Shown: in pieces, positions 29,807-37,670 of the stretch
How the letters are laid out: each line of letters begins with the position of its first letter
Position numbering within the stretch: position 1 is the first letter of the stretch
Sequence record: PZ019086.1
Length of the DNA stretch: 64,000 nucleotides
Origin: a phage
Reading direction: 5' to 3' (one strand)
Made by a program: the position numbers and the translations under genes
Notes under the pieces: model-generated
What the model was told of the DNA's origin: nothing
The model's input: only the letters and a program-made list of their open reading frames with translations
Databases searched by the model: none

Positions 29807-30775
29807 TTATTTCAGAAGAGTAACCTCAGCAATTTCTTCCCAACCGTTTTTGTCGGTCATAATAAAGTCAGCAAGATAAAGAGCAGTACGCAGTGAAACA
29901 TTGCGTAAACGGTTAACATTAACTTTCATCCATGATAATGCTTTATAAGTTTCTTCATCAGAAAGACCGCGCTTTTGCATCATATCAGTTGAAAGAATAA
30001 CATCTTCAACCCTGACCATAATTTCTTCATTAGTGTGAACACCCAAATCTAAATAAACTGAGCGGGACACTAATGCTTGTAAATGTGGAGCAAGTTTAGT
30101 ACCACGGTCTAATTCGCGGTCAATGTCAACGTTTGTGATAAAAACAATCGTTCCTTTAAATTCAAACTCACGGTCAATGCCTTTTTCTTCTAAGTAAGAA
30201 GATGCAGTGCTCCAGCAGACTTTACGGGTCTCTCCAGTGTCCAGAGCAGCTTTTAGAAGATTAAGAATGTCCATATCAGAGAAAACATCCACATCATCAA
30301 TCAAAAGGACAGAATTCTCTTCACGATTATTCCAAAGCTGTTCATAAAGACCAATACCAGAGATTTTACCGTTAATGCTTTTATATTCAATGTATCCATT
30401 ATCATTTGCTTTATTTAAAGCTTTATCTAAAGAATACGTTTTACCAATACCTGCTGCGCCAGAGATAATCAATGAACGAATATTTCCATTAATAATACCA
30501 TTCGTCATCATTCCCATAACATTAAATCTTTTATTAATGCGGGTTTTCATATCTTCATATGATTCTTTAACTTCTTCAACTTTTACACCATCATATGAAA
30601 TATCTGATTTGTAAACCCAAACACCGCGACGTTTACCGTCAATTTCAACAAAAACTTTACCATCTCCTTGTGCATCTACCGGAGCATTATCTGGGAACCA
30701 TTCGCCTAAGAGCTCAAAAGTTCCAGAGATTTCTTTACCGAAGTAGATACCCTTATTGATAGTTACAGTTTTCAT
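29807..30775 (-). CDS. AAA+ ATPase
   Basis: Walker A GAAGIGKT, Walker B VLLIDDVD; start moved from track GTG to ATG at 30775 with GGAGA RBS. Confidence 0.7.
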   Translation of the reverse strand: MKTVTINKGIYFGKEISGTFELLGEWFPDNAPVDAQGDGKVFVEIDGKRRGVWVYKSDISYDGVKVEEVKESYEDMKTRINKRFNVMGMMTNGIINGNIRSLIISGAAGIGKTYSLDKALNKANDNGYIEYKSINGKISGIGLYEQLWNNREENSVLLIDDVDVFSDMDILNLLKAALDTGETRKVCWSTASSYLEEKGIDREFEFKGTIVFITNVDIDRELDRGTKLAPHLQALVSRSVYLDLGVHTNEEIMVRVEDVILSTDMMQKRGLSDEETYKALSWMKVNVNRLRNVSLRTALYLADFIMTDKNGWEEIAEVTLLK

Positions 30776-30806
30776 TTTATTCTCCAATTTCACATTTGTT
30801 TTGATA

Positions 30807-30843
30807 GGGTAATAGTATCACACTACTACCCTACTGTAAACAA
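30807..30843 (-). promoter_or_regulatory. T4-type early promoter
   Basis: Plus strand gtaatagtatcaca...tgtaaac; approximate. Confidence 0.6.
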
Positions 30844-30844
30844 T

Positions 30845-31108
30845 TTATTTTAATGTTCGCCAAATTTTTACTGCTTCGCGACGAGATACTTCTACAGCTC
30901 CAAGTTCTACGGCTTTTTGGCGGCGGCGCGCGTGTAAGTCATAATGTTTAATGCGTTTATCTTGAAACCAAGAGCGTTTCATTCCTATTGCTTCTGCCAT
31001 TTCATGAAGCTCTTCAATATCTCCATCAGTGAACATATGACAATTTTTAGTTGGATGACCGCGAAGTTTCCATCCATGATTCATTAAAACATCTACGTAA
31101 ACTGTCAT
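30845..31108 (-). CDS. Small conserved protein (DUF4031-like, nrdC.11 position)
   Basis: 87 aa, MTVYVDVLMNHGWKLRGHP...; family assignment from memory. Confidence 0.55.
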   Translation of the reverse strand: MTVYVDVLMNHGWKLRGHPTKNCHMFTDGDIEELHEMAEAIGMKRSWFQDKRIKHYDLHARRRQKAVELGAVEVSRREAVKIWRTLK

Positions 31109-31254
31109 TGATTCTGCTCCAAATATGTTTCTATAATTTTCTGAGCGAGATAAACTGCGTTATCTTCAGTTGCATCTTCTAAGAAATTTTCAAAACAAGC
31201 TGAAATCTCTTCTGTGTCAATCAACTTTTTTACTTCAATTAACGTAGTTTTCAT
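31105..31254 (-). CDS. Small acidic protein (49 aa), not in ORF track
   Basis: ATG with GGGGAATAAA RBS right after an early promoter; stop overlaps next start (ATGA); approximate. Confidence 0.4.
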   Translation of the reverse strand: MKTTLIEVKKLIDTEEISACFENFLEDATEDNAVYLAQKIIETYLEQNQ

Positions 31255-31283
31255 TTTATTCCCCAAATCCACATCAGTTGATA

Positions 31284-31320
31284 GTTGTATAGTACCATAA
31301 AGCTTTATGCTTGTAAACCG
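31284..31320 (-). promoter_or_regulatory. T4-type early promoter
   Basis: Plus strand tgtatagtacca...tgtaaac; approximate. Confidence 0.6.
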
Positions 31321-31347
31321 TTTTGTGAAAAAATTTTGAAATAAAAA

Positions 31348-31367
31348 AGGGAGCCCGAAGGCTCCCT
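31348..31367 (-). terminator. UUCG-loop hairpin closing the accessory island operon
   Basis: agggagcccgaaggctccct directly 3' of the nucleotidyltransferase stop; approximate. Confidence 0.55.
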
Positions 31368-31368
31368 A

Positions 31369-32379
31369 TCATTTATAATAACTTCGATGGTTTTCAAGAT
31401 AGACCTTCTCAAGGAAGTCATCCCAGAAACTCATGTCTACTTTTTGCTGCATACCGTTCTTAGAAGCTTCAGTAGATGCTGCTTCTACTTGATCGACCAC
31501 ATCTTCCAAAAACTCTTGAACAATTTTAAATGGATGTTTACCCAACTTCACGTCGAGAATAAATGGAGCGTCTTGAAGTGGATAGACTAAGTCACCAGTT
31601 TTGTAAATTTCCAATAGTTGAAGTCCACCACGACAAGCATGGCTCAGAGCTTTCCAGTCAATACCTTCGTTGGCTTCGGCCTTACGGGCACGTTCACCAT
31701 ATTCAGCATCTAATTTGTTCAGTGACTGCTTAAGCTCAATAAGAGAAAGCGTTGTCTGATATTTACGACCCAACACAGTGTAAAACGTTTGTGGACCTGT
31801 TTTCTCATGATTATGGAACACCCATTCACAGAATTCGTTTTCTGGAAGACGATGCTTAATATCTTCAACTTTAGTACGACGCTGCTTAATGGAACCGTCT
31901 TCTTGGTAATCAACCCATTGCTCAGGGATTTGATTAACTACTTTCAATACATCGCGTAATGCAGCCAAACGAGAACCCTTGACACCGTATTTAGAAGCTT
32001 GCTTGCGGACATATCCTAAATAGGATTTCATGTTAGTCGTATAAAAACGAGAACGATTGTCTTGAATAAACTTCCATACATCAGGCAAATCAGATTTAAC
32101 CACTAGCTCGGGTGGAGTGTGGAGCATATCCAATGCTACAGTTTCACCATCTGCTGCTAATTTAAAGAAATACTTAAGACTGTATAGTTCATGGTCAATA
32201 TCATCTTTAGTGTTTTTAGATGATGTGTTGTTAGTGTTTTTACTCATATGCTCTTTAACATTTCCGATAAGAATATCGCGAGCAGGAGGAACAAAGATTT
32301 CTTTAAAATCTACATCAGATTCTGGAGTAGAAGTTCCATAAAGATGACTACCAAAATAAGACTTAACTACAGTTTTCAT
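31369..32379 (-). CDS. Polymerase-beta superfamily nucleotidyltransferase-like protein with C-terminal helical domain
   Basis: 336 aa; N-terminal GS-x9-DVD motif (YFGSHLYGTSTPESDVDF) and a third acidic residue about 60 aa later (ETVALDML); ATG overlaps upstream stop (TAATG); AAGGA RBS. Confidence 0.65.
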   Translation of the reverse strand: MKTVVKSYFGSHLYGTSTPESDVDFKEIFVPPARDILIGNVKEHMSKNTNNTSSKNTKDDIDHELYSLKYFFKLAADGETVALDMLHTPPELVVKSDLPDVWKFIQDNRSRFYTTNMKSYLGYVRKQASKYGVKGSRLAALRDVLKVVNQIPEQWVDYQEDGSIKQRRTKVEDIKHRLPENEFCEWVFHNHEKTGPQTFYTVLGRKYQTTLSLIELKQSLNKLDAEYGERARKAEANEGIDWKALSHACRGGLQLLEIYKTGDLVYPLQDAPFILDVKLGKHPFKIVQEFLEDVVDQVEAASTEASKNGMQQKVDMSFWDDFLEKVYLENHRSYYK

Positions 32380-32840
32380 TATTTATCCTTATATTCAATA
32401 ACAGGACATACTTTAGCTTTACTCGCTTTTAAAAATTCGACGATAATAGATTTCTTGGGTTGAATAGGAGGTAAACCTTTATACGCCCTATCAATATTTT
32501 CTACATGTAAAGCATAATCCTTTTTCCATTTATAATCTTTATATTTTTCACGCAGTTGTACAGGAATAACAAATGAACCAATAATAAGTAAAACAAGCAA
32601 AATGACAAGTACAAATGCTGATGGAATAAGAGTCCATAAACTACCAAAAATAAGCCATTTCTGTATGATTTCTGCACAGATGATAGTTAGACCTGCGAGT
32701 ACAGTACATCCGAAAAAAGAAACGAAAAATGTAGGGATAACAATAGACCAAAAGTATGCACATAGTGTCTTAGGTCGTTTCCATTCATCATTAAACATTT
32801 TGAATAATTTATAATGCCAAGAGTTTTCATTAATAATCAT
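32379..32840 (-). CDS. Small membrane protein (2-3 predicted TM helices) translationally coupled to the nucleotidyltransferase
   Basis: 153 aa; hydrophobic segments FWSIVIPTFFVSFFGCTVLAGLTIICAEII and LIPSAFVLVILLVLLIIGSFVI; basic C-terminal tail. Confidence 0.6.
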   Translation of the reverse strand: MIINENSWHYKLFKMFNDEWKRPKTLCAYFWSIVIPTFFVSFFGCTVLAGLTIICAEIIQKWLIFGSLWTLIPSAFVLVILLVLLIIGSFVIPVQLREKYKDYKWKKDYALHVENIDRAYKGLPPIQPKKSIIVEFLKASKAKVCPVIEYKDK

Positions 32841-32842
32841 AA

Positions 32843-33364
32843 TTATCCTTTCATTGAAGGTGTAACAGTTGTTAAATACTTAATCATAGCTTCAGCTTCT
32901 GATTTTGATAATGAAATTTCTCCATTGTTTTGACGAATAGAAATAAAATCCGGATGACGGTCACCACCAGCTTTTAAAACACACATGTAAGTATCAACTT
33001 CGCCTTCAATATTTGAAATGATTGAAGCAGTTCCACATGAATGTGGTTGTTGATAAACTAATACAGCTTTTCTTCCACCGTTTGACTGTTCATAAACTTT
33101 TAACACATCAAACAAATCACTTCTTTTATCAATAGCTAAGATGTTGTTTTCATCTTCAATGTTAAATCCTTCGGATATTTCATAAAGTGTCACCCATAAA
33201 TCGCCAATATCAATGACAGCATTCACCTTTCCATGATTTTCAAGAGCATTACAAATTTTCTTAATTTCATCATAACTCATTTTAATAATATCATCTCCTT
33301 GAATAAAGAAGATGTCATTTTTAAATTCAACGCGAATTAAACCACTTTCACTTGAAATAAACAT
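32843..33364 (-). CDS. Hypothetical protein, paralog A of a tandem pair
   Basis: 173 aa; shares GFNIE-E and C-terminal IRQ...L-K-EA--L-KYL--V-P-M pattern with the adjacent 183-aa protein. Confidence 0.6.
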   Translation of the reverse strand: MFISSESGLIRVEFKNDIFFIQGDDIIKMSYDEIKKICNALENHGKVNAVIDIGDLWVTLYEISEGFNIEDENNILAIDKRSDLFDVLKVYEQSNGGRKAVLVYQQPHSCGTASIISNIEGEVDTYMCVLKAGGDRHPDFISIRQNNGEISLSKSEAEAMIKYLTTVTPSMKG

Positions 33365-33370
33365 ATTTCC

Positions 33371-33922
33371 TCACTTTGAAATCATAGTTGGAATGACAGA
33401 ATCAAGATAAGTCTTTAATAAAACAGCTTCTTCTTTGTTTAATACAACAACATTAACATCATTTACCGATTGACGAATAGTTAAGACATCTCCCTCTTCA
33501 TAGCATTTTGATACATTTAAAACAGTTTCATAATTTTGATTACAAGCGTTAGTAATAATAGCATTGCAATTTTTAAACCATTTTAAACCATGTTTTCTTT
33601 CATTAGAATAATAGAAATATTTAATCTTAGCTATAAAATTATCCCAATTATTAATTGATAAGCATATTGACTCGCTTTCAATATTAAATCCTGGGCATAA
33701 AGAATAAAAATGAATTTTATGCTCATCATTAATGCTTACAATTTTATCAGTGTATGGTTTTTCAATTTGGGTTAAATGAATAATTTCGCTAGGCGTAAAA
33801 TATAGCATATCGTCTTCTTGCGTCAAACGATACATATTATTTACTTTTTCTATAGCCAATTCACCAAAAAGTGAACTAACTTCTAGTACTAATCGTTTCA
33901 TATTAATCCTTTTTATTGGCAT
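33371..33922 (-). CDS. Hypothetical protein, paralog B of a tandem pair
   Basis: 183 aa; see paralog A. Confidence 0.6.
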   Translation of the reverse strand: MPIKRINMKRLVLEVSSLFGELAIEKVNNMYRLTQEDDMLYFTPSEIIHLTQIEKPYTDKIVSINDEHKIHFYSLCPGFNIESESICLSINNWDNFIAKIKYFYYSNERKHGLKWFKNCNAIITNACNQNYETVLNVSKCYEEGDVLTIRQSVNDVNVVVLNKEEAVLLKTYLDSVIPTMISK

Positions 33923-34169
33923 GAATTTGTTCTAAAATTTTAGAGTATTCCTTTGTATCAGATTTACGTACAATCGATACACTATAAGGCATACTATCGG
34001 TGTCTTTTATAAAGCGTTCCAAATGACACTCTAACAAAATTTCTGGGTTATAAATCGTGTACATCAAATTACCTGTTGCTCCACGATATTGACAGATTTC
34101 TACTGATTGAGCATCATTCCACAATTTTGTTAAGACTAAATCGCCTACTTCTAATTTAGGAAAGCTCAT
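33903..34169 (-). CDS. Hypothetical small protein
   Basis: Start moved from track TTG to ATG at 34169 (MSFPKLEVGDL...). Confidence 0.5.
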   Translation of the reverse strand: MSFPKLEVGDLVLTKLWNDAQSVEICQYRGATGNLMYTIYNPEILLECHLERFIKDTDSMPYSVSIVRKSDTKEYSKILEQIHANKKD

Positions 34170-34170
34170 G

Positions 34171-34356
34171 TTATTCACCAATTAAAGTTTCAATATAAGA
34201 ATCAAGATTTACTTTAGCTTCTTCCATAAGAGTTTTGTATTTAATCTTATTAGCATGTCCGGAGAAAGCTGATTCATCAATAACTGTTGATGCATGAACA
34301 GCTTTACTATACATCTCAATTAATTCTCTTAATTTAAAAGCCTGCTCACTTGTCAT
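34171..34356 (-). CDS. Hypothetical small helical protein
   Basis: 61 aa; ATG start overlapping upstream small-ORF stop. Confidence 0.5.
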   Translation of the reverse strand: MTSEQAFKLRELIEMYSKAVHASTVIDESAFSGHANKIKYKTLMEEAKVNLDSYIETLIGE

Positions 34357-34460
34357 TACATGCTCCTTTGAATAATATCAATAATGTTGTTCACCAGATT
34401 ATAAGTAAACATTGGGTAATTATATTGAATCATCACATACACAACAAACAAAACTTTCAT
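34356..34460 (-). CDS. Small hydrophobic peptide (34 aa), not in ORF track
   Basis: ATG with AGGAGAAGAGA RBS just downstream of an early promoter; TAATG overlap with next gene; approximate. Confidence 0.35.
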   Translation of the reverse strand: MKVLFVVYVMIQYNYPMFTYNLVNNIIDIIQRSM

Positions 34461-34484
34461 TCTCTTCTCCTTGGCAGTTGGCAA

Positions 34485-34520
34485 GATTACTATATCATAA
34501 CCTTGCCAACTTGTAAACCA
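34485..34520 (-). promoter_or_regulatory. T4-type early promoter (internal to the island)
   Basis: Minus-strand GGTTTACAAGTTGGCAAGGTTATGATATAGTAAT; approximate. Confidence 0.5.
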
Positions 34521-34676
34521 TTAAATGACGTTTTCAATAAAATTCTGGAGTTTTGTGTGAGCATCAACCATGATTTTCATTTCTTCCTTTGCAAAAGCTA
34601 TGCCTCTTTCCCTAGAAGAACACTCATAGTCAGAAACTGCATTAGCATATTCTTCAATTAGCTTCATTAAAAACAT
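34521..34676 (-). CDS. Small protein (about 51 aa), not in ORF track
   Basis: Minus-strand ORF MFLMKLIEEYANAVSDYEC...; approximate. Confidence 0.3.
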   Translation of the reverse strand: MFLMKLIEEYANAVSDYECSSRERGIAFAKEEMKIMVDAHTKLQNFIENVI

Positions 34677-34683
34677 CTGCTTT

Positions 34684-34878
34684 TCAGTTTTCATTATTCC
34701 ACCTAATCATTTCAAGATATTGAACTAACTTAGCTTTAGATTTATCCAAATCTCTTTTAGCTGCTTCTATACCATCGTATGAGTATCCTTCACAATGCTC
34801 AACTGCTAATTGGTATGAATCTATTTCAACATCACGTGCTAATTTAATGATTTTTTCAAACTGTTCACGCGTTAGCAT
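34684..34878 (-). CDS. Hypothetical small helical protein
   Basis: 64 aa; ATG start. Confidence 0.5.
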   Translation of the reverse strand: MLTREQFEKIIKLARDVEIDSYQLAVEHCEGYSYDGIEAAKRDLDKSKAKLVQYLEMIRWNNEN

Positions 34879-34880
34879 AC

Positions 34881-35084
34881 TTAAACTCTCGTATTATGAT
34901 CGATAATTTCATCAAGAAACATATCTAAAGCTTCTACAGCATTATCAACTTTAGCTTCAAGTTCTTCAGCATCTTTATTTGCAATGCCTGACGAAAACCA
35001 AGCAAAGTCACTAAGTTCCTCATCTGCTTTGCGAATTAAAGCTACCAATTCTTTAATTTTATCTGCTTGTTCAATGCTAATCAT
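34881..35084 (-). CDS. Hypothetical small acidic helical protein
   Basis: Start set to in-frame ATG at 35084 ([13 protein letters not shown]...), TAATG-coupled to upstream gene. Confidence 0.5.
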   Translation of the reverse strand: MISIEQADKIKELVALIRKADEELSDFAWFSSGIANKDAEELEAKVDNAVEALDMFLDEIIDHNTRV

Positions 35085-35272
35085 TATTCCACCACATATG
35101 AAAGAGAGAATATTGCACACGCCATGTGAGTTGCAGCTTCATCACACATATCATAACGTTTCTTAAGAAGTTCTACAAGTTCTTCACTAGTAACGTCATC
35201 CACGTTGACGAAAAAATCACCATTAATGATGACGTAGATATTTCCTTCTTGATTGAGTGCTTCAATTTTCAT
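35084..35272 (-). CDS. Hypothetical small protein, first gene of the island operon
   Basis: Start set to ATG at 35272 with AAAGAGGAG RBS; the track N-terminal extension overlaps the promoter. Confidence 0.5.
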   Translation of the reverse strand: MKIEALNQEGNIYVIINGDFFVNVDDVTSEELVELLKKRYDMCDEAATHMACAIFSLSYVVE

Positions 35273-35295
35273 GATGTTCTCCTCTTTATCCGATG

Positions 35296-35332
35296 GTTGT
35301 ATAGTATCACAGCTCAAATGGAAAGTAAACCG
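35296..35332 (-). promoter_or_regulatory. T4-type early promoter driving the accessory island
   Basis: Plus strand tgtatagtatcac...agtaaac; approximate. Confidence 0.6.
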
Positions 35333-35345
35333 GTAAAATGAAAAA

Positions 35346-35363
35346 AGTCTCCCGAAGGAGACT
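35346..35363 (-). terminator. UUCG-loop hairpin after rI.-1
   Basis: agtctcccgaaggagact; approximate. Confidence 0.5.
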
Positions 35364-35367
35364 AATG

Positions 35368-35754
35368 TTATTCGAGGGAAAGAAGATATTTGCTCTGGTA
35401 AAACATCCCAGTAATATCATCTATCGTGCTTTGAATGGCCGGAGGCATTTCTTTATAAATGCTGTTAGATTGGTCTAGTATGCGATCAATCATTTTAATT
35501 GTGTCGGTAGGAAGTTTACTGGCATCTGGAATAGAAGGCGTGTATTTTCTACCAGAATACCCCAAATATTGCTCACCAAATTTATCAATCAAATCTGGCA
35601 ACTCAGAGAAAATAAAATCGTATGCTTTGTGTCTAGCATAACTTTTAGTTTCAAAATGCGCAGAATGAAAATAAGCTTGTGCAGCCATTAATAAACCTAA
35701 GTATTCATCTGCCTTTGAAGGTTTTCCACTTTGTGAAAAGTCGCTGAATTTCAT
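35368..35754 (-). CDS. Hypothetical protein (rI.-1 position)
   Basis: 128 aa; overlaps rI stop. Confidence 0.65.
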   Translation of the reverse strand: MKFSDFSQSGKPSKADEYLGLLMAAQAYFHSAHFETKSYARHKAYDFIFSELPDLIDKFGEQYLGYSGRKYTPSIPDASKLPTDTIKMIDRILDQSNSIYKEMPPAIQSTIDDITGMFYQSKYLLSLE

Positions 35755-36044
35755 TCAGTCTCCAATTTAATGTTCATAATTCTAGCGTATGATTGTGCCA
35801 TCTCCGCGCCTCGCTCTATACATTCAAAATCGGAAGAACACGGGTCATTTTTATAAGTCGTTCGCATAAAACTATAGAACTGTTCAGATGATTCTACGCT
35901 TTTATTTTCAAAAAGCGTATAAACATGTCTAATACCAGATTCCATAAATTTATCAAAATGAGGATCGACATTCGCTTCAATCGGCGGAGATAAAACAAAC
36001 GCTAATCCTAGCATGGCGAATAATGCCGCTGCTTTTAAGGCCAT
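35751..36044 (-). CDS. rI: Lysis inhibition regulator rI
   Basis: 97 aa; signal-anchor MALKAAALFAMLGLAFVLSPPIEA; matches T4 rI closely from memory. Confidence 0.9.
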   Translation of the reverse strand: MALKAAALFAMLGLAFVLSPPIEANVDPHFDKFMESGIRHVYTLFENKSVESSEQFYSFMRTTYKNDPCSSDFECIERGAEMAQSYARIMNIKLETE

Positions 36045-36056
36045 AAAGGCCTCCTA

Positions 36057-36269
36057 TCATTTTTGTCCTGTATTTACTTTATGCCGATGCACGGCCTTAA
36101 CTTTATCAAGGTATTTTTCAAAATTTCGCAATCTAGTATAGTCTGCCGGAGATTGGTTGAGTGATACTTCTCGACGCAAAGCTGAAATGATATTTCCAAC
36201 TTCCCTACGAATTTCATCTAATTGAAGAACAGTAAGATTGCGAAGTTGCTTTTCAGTTAATTGTAGCAT
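36057..36269 (-). CDS. Hypothetical protein (rI.1 position)
   Basis: 70-aa ORF. Confidence 0.55.
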
Positions 36270-36311
36270 ATATACCCCTTTAGTTAGATAAACCTATTTA
36301 TAACTTTTGCA

Positions 36312-36893
36312 CTAACCGAGCTTTTTAGTTAATTCATTCCAATGTTTTCTACACAAAGAAACATAAATTTCATCACCAATACAGATTTGATTACCTTCTT
36401 TAACTGGTGTTCCATCTTCCATTAATCGAGCTGTCATAATAGCTTTTTTACCACAATGACAAACTGCTTTTAGTTCAATAAGTTTATCTGCAATCGCCAA
36501 AAGTTCTTTAGAACCTTCAAATAATTTTCCAGCGAAATCAGTCCTTAGCCCATAAGCCATAACAGGAACATTATATGTATCAACAATTCGGCTTAATTGA
36601 TGCACCTGTTCAGTTTTTAAAAACTGGGCTTCATCTACAAATACACAATGAATATCTTTTTGTGCTTCAGCCCATTTATAGAACTCAAAAATATCCATAT
36701 CATCCGTAATAATATTCGCTTCCTGCTTAATTCCAATGCGAGAAACGACTTCACAGACAGAATCACGAGTATCAATAGCAGGCTTAAGAACTAATACGCC
36801 CATTCCGCGTTCTTTATAATTATGTGCAGCAGTCAAAAGAGAAGCAGATTTTCCAGCATTCATTGCTGCATAAGTAAAAATTAAACTCGCCAT
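36312..36893 (-). CDS. tk: Thymidine kinase
   Basis: 193 aa; P-loop AAMNAGKS and C-terminal zinc ribbon cysteines. Confidence 0.9.
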   Translation of the reverse strand: MASLIFTYAAMNAGKSASLLTAAHNYKERGMGVLVLKPAIDTRDSVCEVVSRIGIKQEANIITDDMDIFEFYKWAEAQKDIHCVFVDEAQFLKTEQVHQLSRIVDTYNVPVMAYGLRTDFAGKLFEGSKELLAIADKLIELKAVCHCGKKAIMTARLMEDGTPVKEGNQICIGDEIYVSLCRKHWNELTKKLG

Positions 36894-36902
36894 ATCACCT
36901 TC

Positions 36903-37088
36903 TTAAAGCGTATTCACATAAGCTATTAATTCGTTTTCTTTCTTATCAAACCGGTCAGCAAATTCTTCCTGTTGTTCGGGAGATAGCGGGCCATATTCAT
37001 CATAAAAGGTGTTTGCTTCTGTATGCTCATCTAGAAGTTCATGGATAAGCTCAAACAATTTATCTTTTTGTTCTTTACTCAGACTCAT
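36903..37088 (-). CDS. Hypothetical small acidic protein (tk.1)
   Basis: 61-aa ORF. Confidence 0.5.
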   Translation of the reverse strand: MSLSKEQKDKLFELIHELLDEHTEANTFYDEYGPLSPEQQEEFADRFDKKENELIAYVNTL

Positions 37089-37258
37089 ATATTAATTTCC
37101 AGAAGTTTTAAAATAATTCGCTTTTGCTTAAATATTTCCATAGTTAAATGATCAGTATCTTTTTGACCAATTCCGATGGCAAAACCTTTATTAACAGCGA
37201 GTTCAATTAAATTATCAAGCTCGCGTAACACCTCATATTGTAACTCAGAACTATTCAT
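37085..37258 (-). CDS. Small protein (57 aa), not in ORF track
   Basis: ATG/TGA overlaps with both neighbours; approximate. Confidence 0.4.
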   Translation of the reverse strand: MNSSELQYEVLRELDNLIELAVNKGFAIGIGQKDTDHLTMEIFKQKRIILKLLEINI

Positions 37259-37467
37259 TTTGGTTTACCTTCTTTAACAAAATCGGGATAAGGATAAAAT
37301 CCTGAATAAAATCCTTCACCTTTATGATTAATGCATCCTTTATTAGAGCAATAGCACCAATAATCGAAATCACAAGCCATTTCATCATTGCATAAAGCAA
37401 AAACAACTGGCCATTTACACTTTTCACAATGTGCATTTTTAAGAATGCTAGTTTGGCTCATAACCAT
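37255..37467 (-). CDS. Cys-rich small protein (tk.2 position)
   Basis: Start set to ATG at 37467; CEKCKW...CYCSNKGC. Confidence 0.5.
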   Translation of the reverse strand: MVMSQTSILKNAHCEKCKWPVVFALCNDEMACDFDYWCYCSNKGCINHKGEGFYSGFYPYPDFVKEGKPK

Positions 37468-37670
37468 GTAACCTTTAAGCAATATTCTTCTACATGCTGT
37501 TTACGACCTTTCTTATCAATAAAGGTATATTCAACGAATGTTCCAATATAGTCTTTATCTACATCATGTGGACTATTAATTGGGCATTTAGTACGGCAAA
37601 TGCGTTCCCATTGACGAATAATTTCTGCTTTGTTTTTAGGATCAAACGGATGCGGGTAATGTACTTTCAT
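37458..37670 (-). CDS. Hypothetical small protein (tk.3 position)
   Basis: 70-aa ORF. Confidence 0.5.
   Translation of the reverse strand: MKVHYPHPFDPKNKAEIIRQWERICRTKCPINSPHDVDKDYIGTFVEYTFIDKKGRKQHVEEYCLKVTWL

Noticed and set aside
31369-32379. Interpreting the nucleotidyltransferase as a CCA-adding enzyme for the phage tRNAs lacking encoded CCA
   Set aside because: No class II CCA-enzyme head motifs and the protein is too small; also 17 kb away from the tRNA cluster.
37251-37436. Minus-strand 61-aa ORF
   Set aside because: Almost entirely overlaps the Cys-rich tk.2-position gene in another frame; the latter has the RBS and coupling.
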